The position numbers and the translations under genes are program-made. From Phoronis australis (lineage: Eukaryota; Animalia; Phoronida), in the NCBI GenBank assembly GCA_002633005.1, contig NMRA01000192.1:354982-408123 (forward strand): a DNA stretch of 53,142 nt, read 5' to 3'. This document shows, piece by piece, positions 1 to 14,210 of the stretch. Positions within the stretch are counted from its first letter, which is position 1. Each line of letters opens with the position of its first letter. The notes under the pieces are model-generated. The model worked only from the letters and a program-made list of their open reading frames with translations, ran no database searches and was not told the DNA's origin.

Positions 1-402
1 ACTAAACAATCCCTAAATCCAACGTAGTTGAGTTCTCTACTAACCTATCTTGCCGCAGAATACTCGCCGATGGAAAGTGGTGGCGACAATTGTTGAAAAA
101 CAGCACAAAACAAAAGTAGAATAGAACAGATTCGCACGGTAAAGTCAACGCAAAACCAAGTGGCGGGAACCGGCGCTTGCCTCCTAAAACGTCACTTCCG
201 GAATAGCGGACGAGTAATTTATAAAATTACGAAAAGCTGTGATTAAGTGGAAAATATGTCTAGGATAACCAACCAACCTTATTTTAGCTCAAAATGACAT
301 GGAAAAAGGTTGCCTTCGCCTTTAAACTGGAATAAATGTAGGTGCCGGATATCTTAAAAAGCTGCGTATTCCATTACACTCCCACGTAAATTATGAGACC
401 AG

Positions 403-446
403 GGGCCTGTTCCAACAAAACTGACTTAGCTAAGACAAATCTTAAA
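403..446. mobile_element. Truncated end of the MITE family at 50466-50706
   Basis: cag|gggcctgttccaacaaaactgacttagctaagacaaatcttaa matches the reverse complement of the right end of 50466-50706 with about 3 mismatches. Confidence 0.7.
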
Positions 447-3400
447 AAAAATATTTAATTATGTCCGTAGCTGCATTACGTCATATAAAATTTACGCTGT
501 GTAAATAAACTTGTCGGAAAATCATGCACTGGTTCACGTGGACTTTTCAGTGAAAGATCAACTATATATTCCTGTCTATTTCCGGAAAGCGTCCATTCAG
601 GGTACTGGAACACATCAATGGCGACGCTTCACCCGTGCATTATTTATAATGTCTGTAGCGACTGCTTCAACAATTAGGCTTCAATCCAAGTTCTACTGTG
701 GATATGTGTGCTCAAATTCTGGCGAAGGAACTAGTAATCAAGAATCTCCACCTATAGTAAGATGTGGATAGTTTATCCTGGTTCCGCAACGTTACGTGTA
801 TAATATGTGGATACATGTAGTTTGTCCTAGCCCGTTATCTTTCGGGGGGAAAGTTGTGAACGTTGTGACGAAAACGAAGCACTTGTCATATATGAAGAGA
901 AGCAACAAATTGGAAGAAGTAAAGAAGATTAAATGGAGGTTTCGATCGATGACATACTATGTTCCGTTCCAGACCCCATGCCGACTGAAGATGGCGAACG
1001 CATGTACTCTTAACTCTAGCAAAAAGCTGTTATGAAGAAGCTTCAAGTATTTAAACATTACCCGCGAAGATGCGTTTTCCGGCAGTTCGTTCTTGTGGTC
1101 TGTTGAAGAACTAAGATTGTCGTAATTTAAGAGATCATCCGGGTTTCACACTTTCAGGAGTGTAAGGATAATTCGTTGTGACTGTTGTATGAACGTGCTG
1201 AATTGAAATGGACAATCGTTTTTCTTGTTCTGCTGTTAATTGAAACGAATATGATTCACTTCAATTCACTAGCTAAGTTTTTGTAATTTCCGAGTCTAGG
1301 TAAATAATTTCTCATTTGTATTGTCAATGTTATGGACTGCTTTGGGAATGATTCATCTCTTTTTGTCGTGTTCTGGTTTGTTGGTTATTTGGGACGTTAT
1401 CAACAAGACCGACTACAAATACATGTATCTGTAGAATTGAAATCGAAAAAAGTTATACAAAGTTTTCCGGACGTAAAAATTTCGCAGAATTTGATTTTCG
1501 AGCAAAATTTAGGAAAAAAGAAAGATATGTTCATGGCAAAACAACATGATCAATAACATGAACGAATTTTGTATGATATAAATGTTCAAGATAAAGTCTC
1601 AAAAACGTTCTTCCTGTTTTTCTAAATTACCGTTTCGTTATGAACAACTTTAGTTTTTTCATAAAAATATACATGCATCAGTCCTTTTTTTGATAGCCCT
1701 AATGCAAAAGTGAAAAATTTTAAAAACTGTTTAGTTTTGGAGAACTGGTCATAAAGCACATTAACTGAAAGTTTCATATGAATCCGACGACCAGCCATTT
1801 GTTTGACATGGTGATCTCATGTTGGGTCCTGCACTAACCTTTGTCACCAAAACAATTGCTTTTCAATACAAAGAATAGTACTATGTGAACACATGGAACA
1901 AAGTAGTTATTGTCCGCGCAGTCCGGTTAGTTTAGGGAAGTCCAGCAGGTAATGATAAGGATTTAATGGTACTTATGTGACTATCTTTCCGACGATATCG
2001 ATGAATTTATTCAAAACAAAAAGCATGGTGCGCTCGTCCTGATCGTACTTCCTAGTGAACCTGACAGTCTTCGATTCCACCGGCGACGAAGTCTTAAAAC
2101 AGTGAGAAATTTGTACAGACACCCCAGCCGGGGTGTATTGTCATAACCTCCCATTACACATCGGTCTGGCATTCTTCTGCAAATGTCAACGCCAGTTCAG
2201 AAAAAAATACCTTGAAATTCGCAAAACAATCACGAGAAGTTTCGGAGTGGAGATACTCGACCGACTCGGCATTGCTAGGAACACGTCTCACTGAGTTGGC
2301 GTACATGTAGTTACCGAAGTAGCCTAATTTAACATTTTCCTGCTTTCAGAATTTTGTGGGAAAATGGGAGTGTTTTTTAATCTAAATATTTACTAATTGC
2401 AAAACTAAATAAGAAAAATTCATGCTTCATACGTAATCTTTACAAATTAGCTTTCAATATATCACTTTTAGAGTTAAAAATCAACCGGTGCCTTTTGATT
2501 TTATTTGTTTTTGTTTTATTCAAAATACTGCTGTTAAAGGTGAAAAAGAAAACACCTTTTAACTCAACCCGTACTTGGCAACGCCACCACTTGAATGCGT
2601 TTTTATAAAAATCAAAGTAAAAGTTTTAAGGTTGAGCTTCTGTCAAATATCGAGCCTATAAACACGTTCAGTTGACGTCAACACATTTTCATTGTCCATC
2701 GATTAGTATTTTTGAAAAATTAAGTTATACACATTTTTTAACTTTATTAGTAAACCGAGATCTTTCGTAAAAATAGCATTCCACAACAAAAACAACATTA
2801 ACATTTTTCACACCTGGAATGATGTTGTCCTTAAAAGAAGCATGGAACGCGAAAGCTCGTCAAAAATAACTTTTATACAATTCCTGACGAAGCACCATCT
2901 GGCAACGTCTAGTACAGAGCATTCACTTTCCCTGTGAAGAAATGTTCAGAAGAAATCACAAAATTCACGATGTTTGAAAGACGGCGGCAAGGACTCAAGT
3001 CTTTGGTAACCACAGAGTTTCTAATCTCTCCCCATTTATGGTAAATGCGCACATATGCTCACAGTCAGATGCTTGAAAGTGCTTGAGGTCAAAGGTCACA
3101 TTTTCCTTATAAGGGAAATGTGCTACGTGTACATGTATGTTTTGCAATACCAGTTAAGGGGACGTGCTTTGCCTTGTGGGAGAAATATCAACGACATGAA
3201 AAGCAGTTGACAGATTGCTTTTTTGAAATTTGAAAATAAAAGAAAATGCTTTGAACTAACCGTAAAATATCTAATGATTAGGTTGAATTCTATTTCAGTG
3301 GCAGAGAATCACTTTCAATATTCCAATTTAGTCTGTTTATCGCGTCCCAGGCCTCTTTAGGAAAACAATTACAAAATATAAAAATTATCAAAATACTTTT

Positions 3401-4488
3401 CACTTTTTGAAGCCTCAGTTTTCCCAATTAAAGATGCTATGTCTCATTAAGTTGCGAATATGCCGGAAACCATCCAAGAACCAGTTACCATTACAATCTC
3501 GCGAAAGTCTCGATTTGCAAGACTATTTTTATGTAAATGAGCAAGGTAATACATGTATCTCATTGTTACCCTAATGCAACAAGGCACAGTTTTTATTATT
3601 TGGTCATTTCATTATCAAATAACTGCGTAATACTTGGACTAACTTGGGTTTTCTAGATGTTCACGCTTGTTTTTAAACGTATCGGTTGTAGTGTTTTCTT
3701 TAAAACCGCAATTTATTGTTTCTTGCATTGACTATACGCATGTACTTGTTCACACAGTTCTCCATGAAGTCACAAGGTGGCGCCTGCTACAAATTAAAAT
3801 GTTTACGGTTTTAATGAGTCATAGCATCTTTATAAATAACGGCGAATGAGTCCAAAATGGGATTGATCACTGGAACTGCACAGATTTTCTAAACTGGGGA
3901 AGCTTTTGAGTCGAATCTTGAAGTTTACTTGGATCAAACAACATCACGAGAACTGCTTCTTGCTACAGAACTTTTCATTAGACTTAGGCCTATAGCGTAC
4001 ACTCGGGATTTAAATTTAGATTGATTTCCAGCGCAGTACTGGTTGAGGTGAACGTGCTTGCACAAAGCTCTGTTGATAAACTATAATTCTGGTTTCGAAT
4101 GTTGTCAGGCTCCTTGAGGGTGGGTCAGATCAATGGGAGATACTGCTGACGAGCCGCTTACACGGCCGCTGCAATCTGGTAGTTTCAGAACACGTTTTAA
4201 CCATTTTTATTCAATTAGATCATAAGTTTCAGTACCAACTAGCTGGTTATAAAATCATAAAAGGCTGGTACTTGTTTTGGCATTAAGACCATGGATGCTG
4301 ACTTGATTTTAAAAAGTCGGCTGGCAAACCAAAAATTAAATTTCGATCTTCTTACCCAAAGATCCTGGTCATGGGAGACCGATCTGTCTCATAACAGCTA
4401 CATTTTTTGACCACTGGAATGGAAGATGACTAATGAATTCTTAAGCCCGCGGAATTCGAGTTATTCGGGACTCTGACGATTGTAACCG

Positions 4489-6726
4489 AGTGTCCCGATG
4501 CCGTTTGCGGTCCATCAGGCATGCTAAGGTCACACGGCCGAGCTCATTGCTCCGATCGCCTACGTACATGTACATGTATATGGCTCGTGCCCGGGACCCC
4601 GCAGCGAGGAGTTCTTCACAGCGGAAACTTTCATATCTGCTTGTTCTTTCTCAATAAACTTGACCTGGTAATTTAGCCAGGTTATGTGTGCGAGACTGGT
4701 ATCAGGACTTTGGTAAAAAAGGGGTGTATTTGCCCTTTGCTTTGCACAGTAGTCAGTACATTCAATATCCCGGGCCCAATGCCAACATGATCTTTGACGA
4801 ATTTGTAAGACAATTTTTGTTCAGCTGTCAAGTTATTAAGCCCTATGCCTGGACATACTTTGAGTTGACGTTGCGCTTGCTTGGCTGCTTGACTGCTGTC
4901 TGAAGATATAAAAGGCTAGTTGTCAGTGGTCAGTGGTGGATTTAGGAGGGGGCCAAGAGGCCATGCCCCCCCCCTTCTTAAAATTTTCCATGATTTCATC
5001 TGGCAGTTCGGGGGTTAGAATTTCTGACGGGTAAAATCTTAGCTAATACTCTGCCCTCACCCCCTAACTCAACGGCTGAATCCGCCCCTGGTTGTTATCA
5101 AGGATTATCCCGTTTCTTTCCAACCTGTTTAGTTGCGCGACAATTTCACCCTGCAAACTGTTGCAGTTTGTCACAGTGATGTCGGAGACCGTTTACCAGC
5201 TTGCGTAAGGTCAGGAATGAAAATTCCTGATCCTGATTGTCCAAATTTAGAGCATAAGTGTATCAAATGGATTGTTGGTCAGTGAGATTTTTGATTCAAG
5301 GACAATCTGTAATTTCTTGGATAAGAACTGAAAAGTAATAAGTGGAAATAATGAGAGTTTAATGCGCTGGGTTAATCAGGCCCATAATTTATTCACCAAG
5401 AGTTTGTGTTTCCTCGTGGGTAACGGCCGGGTCTACTCGTTTTATAGACAAAAAAAATTTAGTTATTTTAGTTTCCACAGTTAATTTATTCGCTGTCAAA
5501 TTTGTAAGCAGTTACTATGACATAGGTATACAATATATTTTTGAGAAAGGAATAGTTCACAATACTATAACAAGTGATTTTTTCACAATNCCAATGTTCA
5601 CTACTCCCAACAATAACAGGTGGCTAAAACAATGCTAAGTGTCCCGATGCCGTTTGCGGTCCATCAGGCATGCTAAGGTCACACGGCCGAGCTCATTGCT
5701 CCGATCGCCTACGTACATGTATATGGCTCGTGGGACCCCGCAGCGAGGAGTTCTTCACAGCGGAAATTTTCATATCTGCTTGTTCTTTCTCAATAAACTT
5801 GACCTGGTAATTTAGCCAGGTTATGTGTGCGAGACTGGTATCAGGACTTTGGTAAAAAAGGGGTGTATTTGCCCTTTGCTTTGCACAGTAGTAAGTACAT
5901 TCAATATCCCGGGCCCAATGCCAACATGATCTTTGACGAATTGTAAGACAAATTTTGTTCAGCTGTCAAATTATTAAGCCCTATGCCTGGACATACTTTG
6001 AGTTGACGTTGCGCTTGCTTGGCTGCTTGATTGCTGTCTGAAGGTATAAAAGGCTAGTTGTCAGAGGTCAGTGGTGGATTTAGGAGGGGGCCAAGAGGCC
6101 ATGCCTCCCCATACTTAAAATTTTCCCTGATTTCATCTGGCAGTTCGGGAGTTAGAATTTCTGACGGGTAAAATCTTAGCTAATACTCTGCCCTCACCCC
6201 CTAACTCAACGGCTGAATCCGCCCCTGGTTGTTATCAAGGATTGTCCCGTTTCTTTCCAACCAGTTGAGTTGCGCGACAATTTCACCCTTCAAACTGTTG
6301 CAGTTTGTCACAGTGATATCGGAGACCGTTTACCAGCTTGCGTAAGGTCAGGAATGAAAATTCCTGATCCTGATTGTCCAAATTTAGAGCATAAGTGTAT
6401 CAAATGGATTGTTGGTCAGTGAGATTTTTGATTCAAGGACAATCTGTAATTTCTTGGATAAGAACTGAAAAGTAATAAGTGGAAATAATGAGAGTTTAAT
6501 GCGCTGGGTTAATCAGGCCCATAATTTATTCACCAAGAGTTTGTGTTTCCTCGTGGGTAACGGCCGGGTCTACTCGTTTTATAGACAAAAAAAATTTAGT
6601 TATTTTAGTTTCCACAGTTAATTTATTCGCTGTCAAATTTGTAAGCAGTTACTATGACATAGGTATACAATATATTTTTGAGAAAGGAATAGTTCACAAT
6701 ACTATAACAAGTGATTTTTTCACAAT
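4489..6726. repeat. ~1.1-kb near-identical tandem duplication (4489-5589 and 5638-6726) across a single N at 5590
   Basis: Both copies run from agtgtcccgatgccg... to ...ttttcacaat with scattered SNPs and small indels. Copy 1 ends exactly at the N, so this is probably two haplotypes. Confidence 0.9.
4931..5090. mobile_element. Non-autonomous TIR element (CAGTGGTGGAT...ATCCGCCCCTG); duplicate copy at ~6069-6227
   Basis: Same terminal motif class as 39518-39839; flanks gtggt/gttgt may be a decayed 5-bp TSD. Confidence 0.65.
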
Positions 6727-7210
6727 TAATATTGTGTCACATCTCGAGTGGCACATACCTACATACAGAGCCCTCTTTTGCAGCTCAGGAAACGCACTTT
6801 ATATGACGCTACTACTTTCTTATGCAGGCATAAAAACATAATTAAAATTTAATGAAGTTAAAATGCACTCTCTCTAAAACCGGTGAACAGTTTAACGTGA
6901 CACAGTCGTTGCAGGACCGTAGTGGTGCACACGTTGTAATAGACAATGTTGTAATTTACGAACACAAATTCTCTGTATTGATCATTGAGCAGGTGATCGC
7001 TGTTACCTTAATTTGTCTTCAGGAAGACGTCTGTTTTTGTATTCACAATCAAAGCAGACCTCACGTGTATTGCCAATTCTCAGTAGATTAGCTTAATTAT
7101 TAACGTAAAAGGTTCATTCCCATTGAGACGATTTGTTGATGATTGCATTCGTTTGAACATGGACATCGGCGATGTTTCGGTTCGCAAAATAAGAGTTGGC
7201 CACTTTTAAA

Positions 7211-7299
7211 GGCGGGTTTTCTATTGGACATCAGGGCTATTGCTAAGCATACCATTAGTAAATAATCAAATCTGATTGGCTATCACTTAATCAACCAAT
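7211..7299 (+). promoter_or_regulatory. Candidate promoter of gene A long isoform (GC-box-like GGCGGG plus three CCAAT boxes)
   Basis: GGCGGG at 7211; ATTGG at 7223 and 7275; CCAAT at 7295; ~400 nt upstream of the first identified coding exon. Confidence 0.4.
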
Positions 7300-7674
7300 A
7301 AAACCATCGCCTCAGAACCATGAGTTCGGTGTCACCGTGTTGCTCTAATTGTGGGCTGTTAAGGAAAAATTAACCTATTCAATTAGTCTAAGGCATAGGA
7401 TGTGATTCGTGCATATCACTTAAACACTTCCTCTCGTGAAAGGCTACGATAAGAGAACGCTTCCTCAAGTTGTTAGTCAACAATTTCCCAATCGGAATTC
7501 CTGAGTTTAGTGGACAATTTATTTAGTTAACTAGAATGGTACGCATTGCCGTAGTCATAATCTAACTTTCGTAGGTTACACATTTCGTGTACGCTGAGAA
7601 ACTCATAAACCAACGTAATTCCAAGGTAAGGTAATTTAATGATTTGATTTATAACTTATTTTAAACTGTTGCAG

Positions 7675-8071
7675 GAAAGACAACGACAAATCCATTTAGG
7701 TTGGGAAGATGCATCAACCAAATTCACTCTCCCGAACTCTAGTCGACAACATATCAAGAGAGAACCAACTCCGAGAGTTGTTCAGTGGAGTAACTGTGAG
7801 GGTTCCCCCACCGTAGGAATTTCCAATCATCGTTCCAACCAAATCCACATCGCCGCATCATCATCGGCTAGCGACCTGGCGGAATCTGCGTTTACATCGC
7901 CCTCGGACGACGCTAGAGGCACGCCTCTTGTCACACAGGCGGCAAATTCACATTATGGACACGAATTCCGAAATTTGGGAAAATCTGCGGATACGACTCA
8001 AGGATCTGCATACGAGTATCACGAAGACAGAGCGGTGCGAGGCAATGGCGAAAGAGTTATTGTTCCTGCCG
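7675..8071 (+). CDS. ERG: ERG/FLI1-like gene A, N-terminal coding exon (ends at start of PNT domain)
   Basis: Acceptor ttgcag|GAA at 7674/7675. Open frame ends in ...GERVIVPA, matching the ERRVIVPAD motif that opens the ERG/FLI1 PNT domain. Phase-1 donor G|gtgggt at 8071/8072 joins in frame to the exon at 16464 (G|AC = Asp). The start codon lies upstream and is unresolved. Confidence 0.85.
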
Positions 8072-10755
8072 GTGGGTATTTTTTACTTTATATCAAGTTT
8101 ATTTTCTTACACAACCGCCCCATAACAGCTCTTCAAACTGTGGAATAAATATATGAAGGTTTTTTTCTTTCATTTGATGTTAAAAACTTATGGTTATTTA
8201 GACTGTTTCATTGGAAGGTTTTAAAAATATTTGATTTGCGTTGTAAGTAGTTAAATTGTTAAAACCATCATAATTACTTAGATACTGAATAGACGCTCAT
8301 GTGTGGGACATCGTGATCAATTGACCACTGTACATGTACATGTAATTTCCACCAAAAACGAAATGTCTAAGATTTCGGGAACTCAGCCAATTCTTAATAA
8401 AATATAGATAAATTAAAAAATGAAATGAAATTTCAAAATTCTAGCACAAAACACATGTTTGTGTTTAGAATAAGCCTAACTTGTATCCACCGCCAAGGAT
8501 TCCCTTATATACGTGTAAAGTAACCAAAAACCACAACCTAATGAACCATCGCGAGGGATGTTTTGAGCTACGCCGCTCGACAGTTTTGCATAATTTACTG
8601 CAAAGTGTGAGCTCGGAAAATGGACGTCCAATAGAATGGCAATAGTTGTCTATTCAAATTTAAAAAATGTTTTAAAGAAGTTTAAAGGAGTTTAAAGGGG
8701 TTTAAAGAATGAATTTTGGAATTATTTATTGAGTTGTTCTTGAAGCTGTAGTCGCTCTTGTTGAAATGATTCGTTTTAAAATGTTGTCAATTTCACTTTA
8801 TATGTGGAATACGATCTCGTGTTTTGGGTGGACTTCTTGTAAAAGTATGCGTTTGTTTCAGTTTTCTATTCGGTTCAGTCTACCAGTTAATTATAAAATA
8901 TTTCAATAAATCATGTGTTTCTACCATGCACGAACTTGCCTTTTGATGCACTCTTACAATATTAATCTTAATCTATTAAATGCAACAATTTGGTTTGGCG
9001 GTTAGAATGTGCTTTTAATCCATGCCTGGTGCGGTTATTTTGGCACGTCAATCAAAACAGGCACTTAACCCGAACATAATTTTAACTTCCTTATGGTGTC
9101 ACGAAACGCCGACTTATCAACCTTAGACAGGATGAAACTAAAACTGTTTTTCTTTATTTTTGTATGGTGATAACCATGATCGAATCGTTTAATGTAATTC
9201 ATGGATAACGCATGTACAATTTCAGCAAGATGAGTAATCGTGAAACACACGAAGAACGCCCAACGTTCGATATTAGATCGTTTTTAATTCGCAGTCCAAG
9301 TTTTCTCAACAGCAATCCAAATTTCGAATTGTGAGACTCNGTCACACAGGCGGCAAATTCACATTATGGACACGAATTCCGAAATTTGGGAAAATCTGCG
9401 GATACGACTCAAGGATCTGCTTACGAGTATCACGAAGACAGAGCGGTGCGAGGCAATGGCGAAAGAGTTATTGTTCCTGCCGGTGGGTATTTTTTTTACT
9501 TGATATCAATTTTATTTTCTTACACAACCGCCCCATAACAGCTCTTCAAACTGTGGAATAAATATATGAAGGTTTTTTTTCATTTGATGTTAAAAGCTTA
9601 TGGTTATTTAGACTGTTTTAATGGAAGGTTTTAAAAATATTTGATTTACGTTGCAAGTAGTTAAATTGTTAAAACCATCATAATTACTTAGATACTGAAT
9701 AGACGCTCATGTGTGGGACATCGTGATCAACTGACCACTGTACATGTACATGTAATTTCCACCAAAAACGAAATCGAAATGTCTAAGATTTCGGGAACTC
9801 AGCCAATTCTTAATAAAATATAGATAAATTAAAAAATGAAATGGAATTTCAAAATTCTAGCACAAAACACATGTTCGTGTTTAGAATAAGCCTAACTTGT
9901 ATCCACCGCCAAGGATTCCCTTATATACGTGTAAAGTAACCAAAAACCACAACCTAATGAACCATCGCGAGGGATGTTTTGAGCTACACCGCTCGACAGT
10001 TTTGCATAATTTACTGCAAAGTGTGAGCTCGGAAAATGGACGTCCAATAGAATGGCAATAGTTGTCTATTCAAATTTAAAAAATGTTTTAAAGAAGTTTA
10101 AAAGAGTTTAAAGGGGTTTAAAGAATGAATTTTGGAATTATTTATTGAGTTGTTCTTGAAGCTGTAGTCGCTCTTGTTGAAATGATTAGTTTTAAAATGT
10201 TGTCAATTTCACTTTATATGTGGAATACGATCTCGTGTTTTGGGTGGACTTCTTGTAAAAGTATGCGTTTGTTTCAGTTTTCTATTCGGTTCAGTCTACC
10301 AGTTAATTATAAAATATTTCAATAAATCATGTGTTTCTACCATGCACGAACTTGCCTTTTGATGCACTCTTAGAATATTAATCTTAATCTATTAAATGCA
10401 ACAATTTGGTTTGGCGGTTAGAATGTGCTTTTAATCCATGCCTGGTGCGGTTATTTTGGCACGTCAATCAAAACAGGCACTTAACCCGAACATAATTTTA
10501 ACTTCCTTATGGTGTCACGAAACGCCGACTTATCAACCTTAGACAGGATGAAACTAAAACTGTTTTTCTTTATTTTTGTATGGTGATAACCATGATCGAA
10601 TCGTTTAATGTAATTCATGGATAACGCATGTACAATTTCAGCAAGATGAGTAATCGTGAAACACACGAAGAACGCCCAACGTTCGATATTAGATCGTTTT
10701 TAATTCGCAGTCCAAGTTTTCTCAACAGCAATCCAAATTTCGAATTGTGAGACTC
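7930..10755. repeat. ~1.4-kb near-identical tandem duplication (7930-9339 and 9341-10755) across a single N at 9340
   Basis: Both copies run from gtcacacaggcggc... to ...gtgagactc. Includes the 3' part of exon 7675-8071, differing by a synonymous GCA/GCT change. Confidence 0.92.
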
Positions 10756-12230
10756 AGTGATTATTAAAATTACGATATTTTATCTTTATCAGTGAATTTA
10801 CGAAAGTCTTGTGTAGTTTTGATTAATTAGTCACCTTGCATGACGGATTCGGGTGAGAGTACAATAATTCGCAATTAATATTCCTCTTCTATATCGCATA
10901 ATCGTAAATATCAAACGCACGTAACTGAATTGTTTTAGAAAACCCAACTTAAAGATACGTGTACATAAAAGAGTTTTCTTCAGTCGCGAAATCTCTAGCG
11001 TCACTTGCATTAGCGAGAACACGATTTCAGTACGTCTCGTATCATTACTTCTTCATTAAGATTATGTTTGATCAGCCATACCCCGCCACATCACTATTTT
11101 AGACAGGTTAAAAACACCTTGAGTTATCACTGATCCAAGATAATTAACCAGAAACGGGTTGTTTTCTCAGCGGATACGTGATTCAAATCGACAAGCATGA
11201 CTGATTTTCAATAAAGAGTTCTCTGCAGCATCGTATTTTTTTCTGTCCAAATGATGTTAATACAATCGCGATCATCTGTTTGGTTCCCATGGTGAGATGA
11301 AGGGTTCTCACAATTACAGGTAAGATGTGGTTAGAAACAATGCGCGGGTAGTCTTCAGATTCTCAAGACTTTGCTGTTTACAGTAGAGCATTGTTACAGA
11401 AACAAAGGTTAATACGGTAGACACAAAGCATCTTAATAATAAAATAAGCCGGACACTTGCATTCATTAAAAGCCTGAAACAACTAATGGGGTAAAATGTT
11501 GGCATGTTGTTGCAAAGGATTGCGCGACACAAACGCTTGATTGGTAAAGGCGAGCAGTCCCATTGGTTGGGGTGAAGGAGGAATTCCTTTTGATCAACTA
11601 CGAATTTTAGATTTCAAATTTGTGGGGGGGGGGCGGTGTAACGGTGTTCAAATCTCTACATACAATAAATAACTTATAAATAATAATTAATTCAGTTTCT
11701 GTTAATAGCACTTCCCTTTCAAAAGACACATATGTACAAGCAGGTATGAAGGAATAAAGCATTTAAAAATAGATTTCACGGTGTAACAAAGGTGCGTAAA
11801 CTTAGAGATGATTTACATTAATGCATTAAATTCATTTTAACCAGGAAAAAACCGACACAAATGATTAAGTTGTGCGATTAACATTATAGACATCTAATAA
11901 CAGGGAAACTTGAAACTAAGTCTATACTGAGATATTCAAAATAAAATAAAATCTAAGTACGTATGCAAACTGCATCATTAACAGAAAACTCACCCTACCT
12001 GACAAACAATTATATAATCGACAATGAAACCTTTAATTATTCGTCTACTTTTCAATTAAATCTAGATGTAATACGTGGGACGTGTGTTGCAAATTAATTA
12101 CAATACGATATTGTTTCATCTTTTTCAACAATAGACGTAAACGCTGAATATATGGAGTTTGAAACAACATACAAGACACGCGTGGAAATAAACTCTGCAC
12201 GCTTACGTTCTTTAGCCCAAAACTACGCGA

Positions 12231-12265
12231 GCGTGCGTGTGTGCGCGTGTGTGCGCGCGTGCGTG
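12231..12265. repeat. Alternating purine-pyrimidine (GT/GC) tract
   Basis: gcgtgcgtgtgtgcgcgtgtgtgcgcgcgtgcgtg. Confidence 0.75.
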
Positions 12266-14210
12266 AAAAATATGGCGATGTAAAATGCTTGTGTATATGT
12301 TTTTGTGACCAATATTCATAGCTCGTGCGAACATCTTCGTTTCTATTAATTACCCAGTGTATCTGTGTTTTAAGCGCATATTTATATTGATCATGATTTT
12401 ACAAATTCAGTAACAGTGTTATAAAGAGGGTTTAGTTAAATTCTTGTGAGTTTGTCTCAATAAATATTGTTCTGTAATGGCCACCACTTCGTTACTAAAG
12501 GATTGTGCGACAACGGATTTGCGATTGACAATTTATTCTGTTGGTGTCTTTGTGTCCATTTCCTTTGAACAGTCTGTAAAGTATTAGGAAGCAACGCAGA
12601 TGAGATAAAAATTCTCAAGTATGCGCACCGGGCGTAGCATTTTCAAAAACATTCTTTGCATACGTCCACTGGGCGCGAAATCCGGCGCGAAATCCGGCTG
12701 GGATTCTACACGGAAAAGTATGGTAGCACTTCAGGTATAAAAAATCTTCATCAATTTGTGCGTACATGTATATCCCATCATCCTGAAGAATCAGAAATAT
12801 TCCGCCATCATAAATAAGAATAGAATTTTCTATGAACTACAACAAAAGAAATGCCTTTTTGGGATTTATTAGCTACCTGTCCCAGTAGGATTATCATGGT
12901 CTCTATTGTCGTTATTGTATGTCAATATCGTAATTATTATAATTACGTATTCCTACCGTTTTCCCCACCACTCACACTGTGTCAGAACTGTTGTTCTCTG
13001 CACGTAACTTTACTCATATTTGTCGCCATGGACAGAAATCAGACCAAAGGAAATTATTACTTAAGTTAGCAGTACTATACGGTTACGTGAGTAAATATCA
13101 TTTTCATTATCGTTATTACTATTATTTATTAAAATTATAAGTATTATTTTTATCGCTATGATCTTATGCGGTCCAAAGTAGTACTGTAATGGAACCTACA
13201 ATGGGTGAGGTCAAAGCAGTGCACTTGGTACGCATGCGCGTGTGTCCACCTAAATATCCAATCATTTCCCAAGAATCCCGTTTTGTGCAATTCTGAACTG
13301 TCTTGAACCAATCAATCATAACGAGTACGAACAAAACAAATTAAGCTCATCGCTTGCGGTGAAGACAATAGTGACTGAGTAGTTCATTACGTTTTATCCA
13401 CATGGAATTGTTTTGACGTACTGTGAGGTCTCGCGGGGTTATATCATTGTGAGATTGAGACAGGTGCAATACGAATTGTTTATCATAGAAATGCTAAATG
13501 TACATGCATTCTCGGACTTCAAATTTATGCTGCCGACATGTGTTTGTGTGTGTACAGTCCAATTGCAGAGGCCTTGACGTTCTGTTTCATACAGCGTAGT
13601 ATACGTGGTCACATTTCCAAGTTGGAACTTGAACTGTTTTTTTACATTTTCAGCTTCGCCGTATAGTATGAACTTAAATACATGGAAGTGTCGTTAATCA
13701 TTTTTTGTTTGAGCCAATCATGTTTTGCACAGATAAATTTGTAAGCCTAGTTGGAATTTTTCTGACCCCCGGATTTAAGCTACAAATTTGTATCTATAGT
13801 TTAAAGTTCACCTTGCAAACTGTTCACTGTACCCGAGTCCAGTGAATGGAAACAAATATGATGACCCATATGCTGGCCGTACAGATTTAGATTTTTAAAA
13901 CTCATTTTACTTAACGCAGTTTAGTAAGGCCGATGAAACATTAGCAAATGACCCCCTTTTGCCCATAATAGACTCAGCTGATTGTACAAATGTACATGTA
14001 CGTCACGCAGAGACATGTCGGAACGATTTAGACAGTGTGAGTGACAACAATTTGAATGCTCGTTATGTCAACGAAACAATTTGACTATTGAAATTTCCCG
14101 ACAGCAAGGATAGAGATGAAGACTACAGATTCGATTCACTACATTCAGAAGAAATGATTTCGACTGCTCGCTATCAAAGTACAGTGTTACAGTCAACCAC
14201 TGCCATCCAG

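Noticed and set aside
1-325. Possible right end of a TTAA-flanked DNA element (...ccttcgcctttaa)
   Set aside because: The matching terminus is not in the window, so it cannot be verified.
8669-8710. Four 10-bp TTTAAAGNNG units
   Set aside because: A short minisatellite with no spacers; not CRISPR-like and nothing suggests function.
9065-10666. Two identical 61-aa minus-strand ORFs
   Set aside because: A by-product of the 1.4-kb duplicated segment; no coding features.
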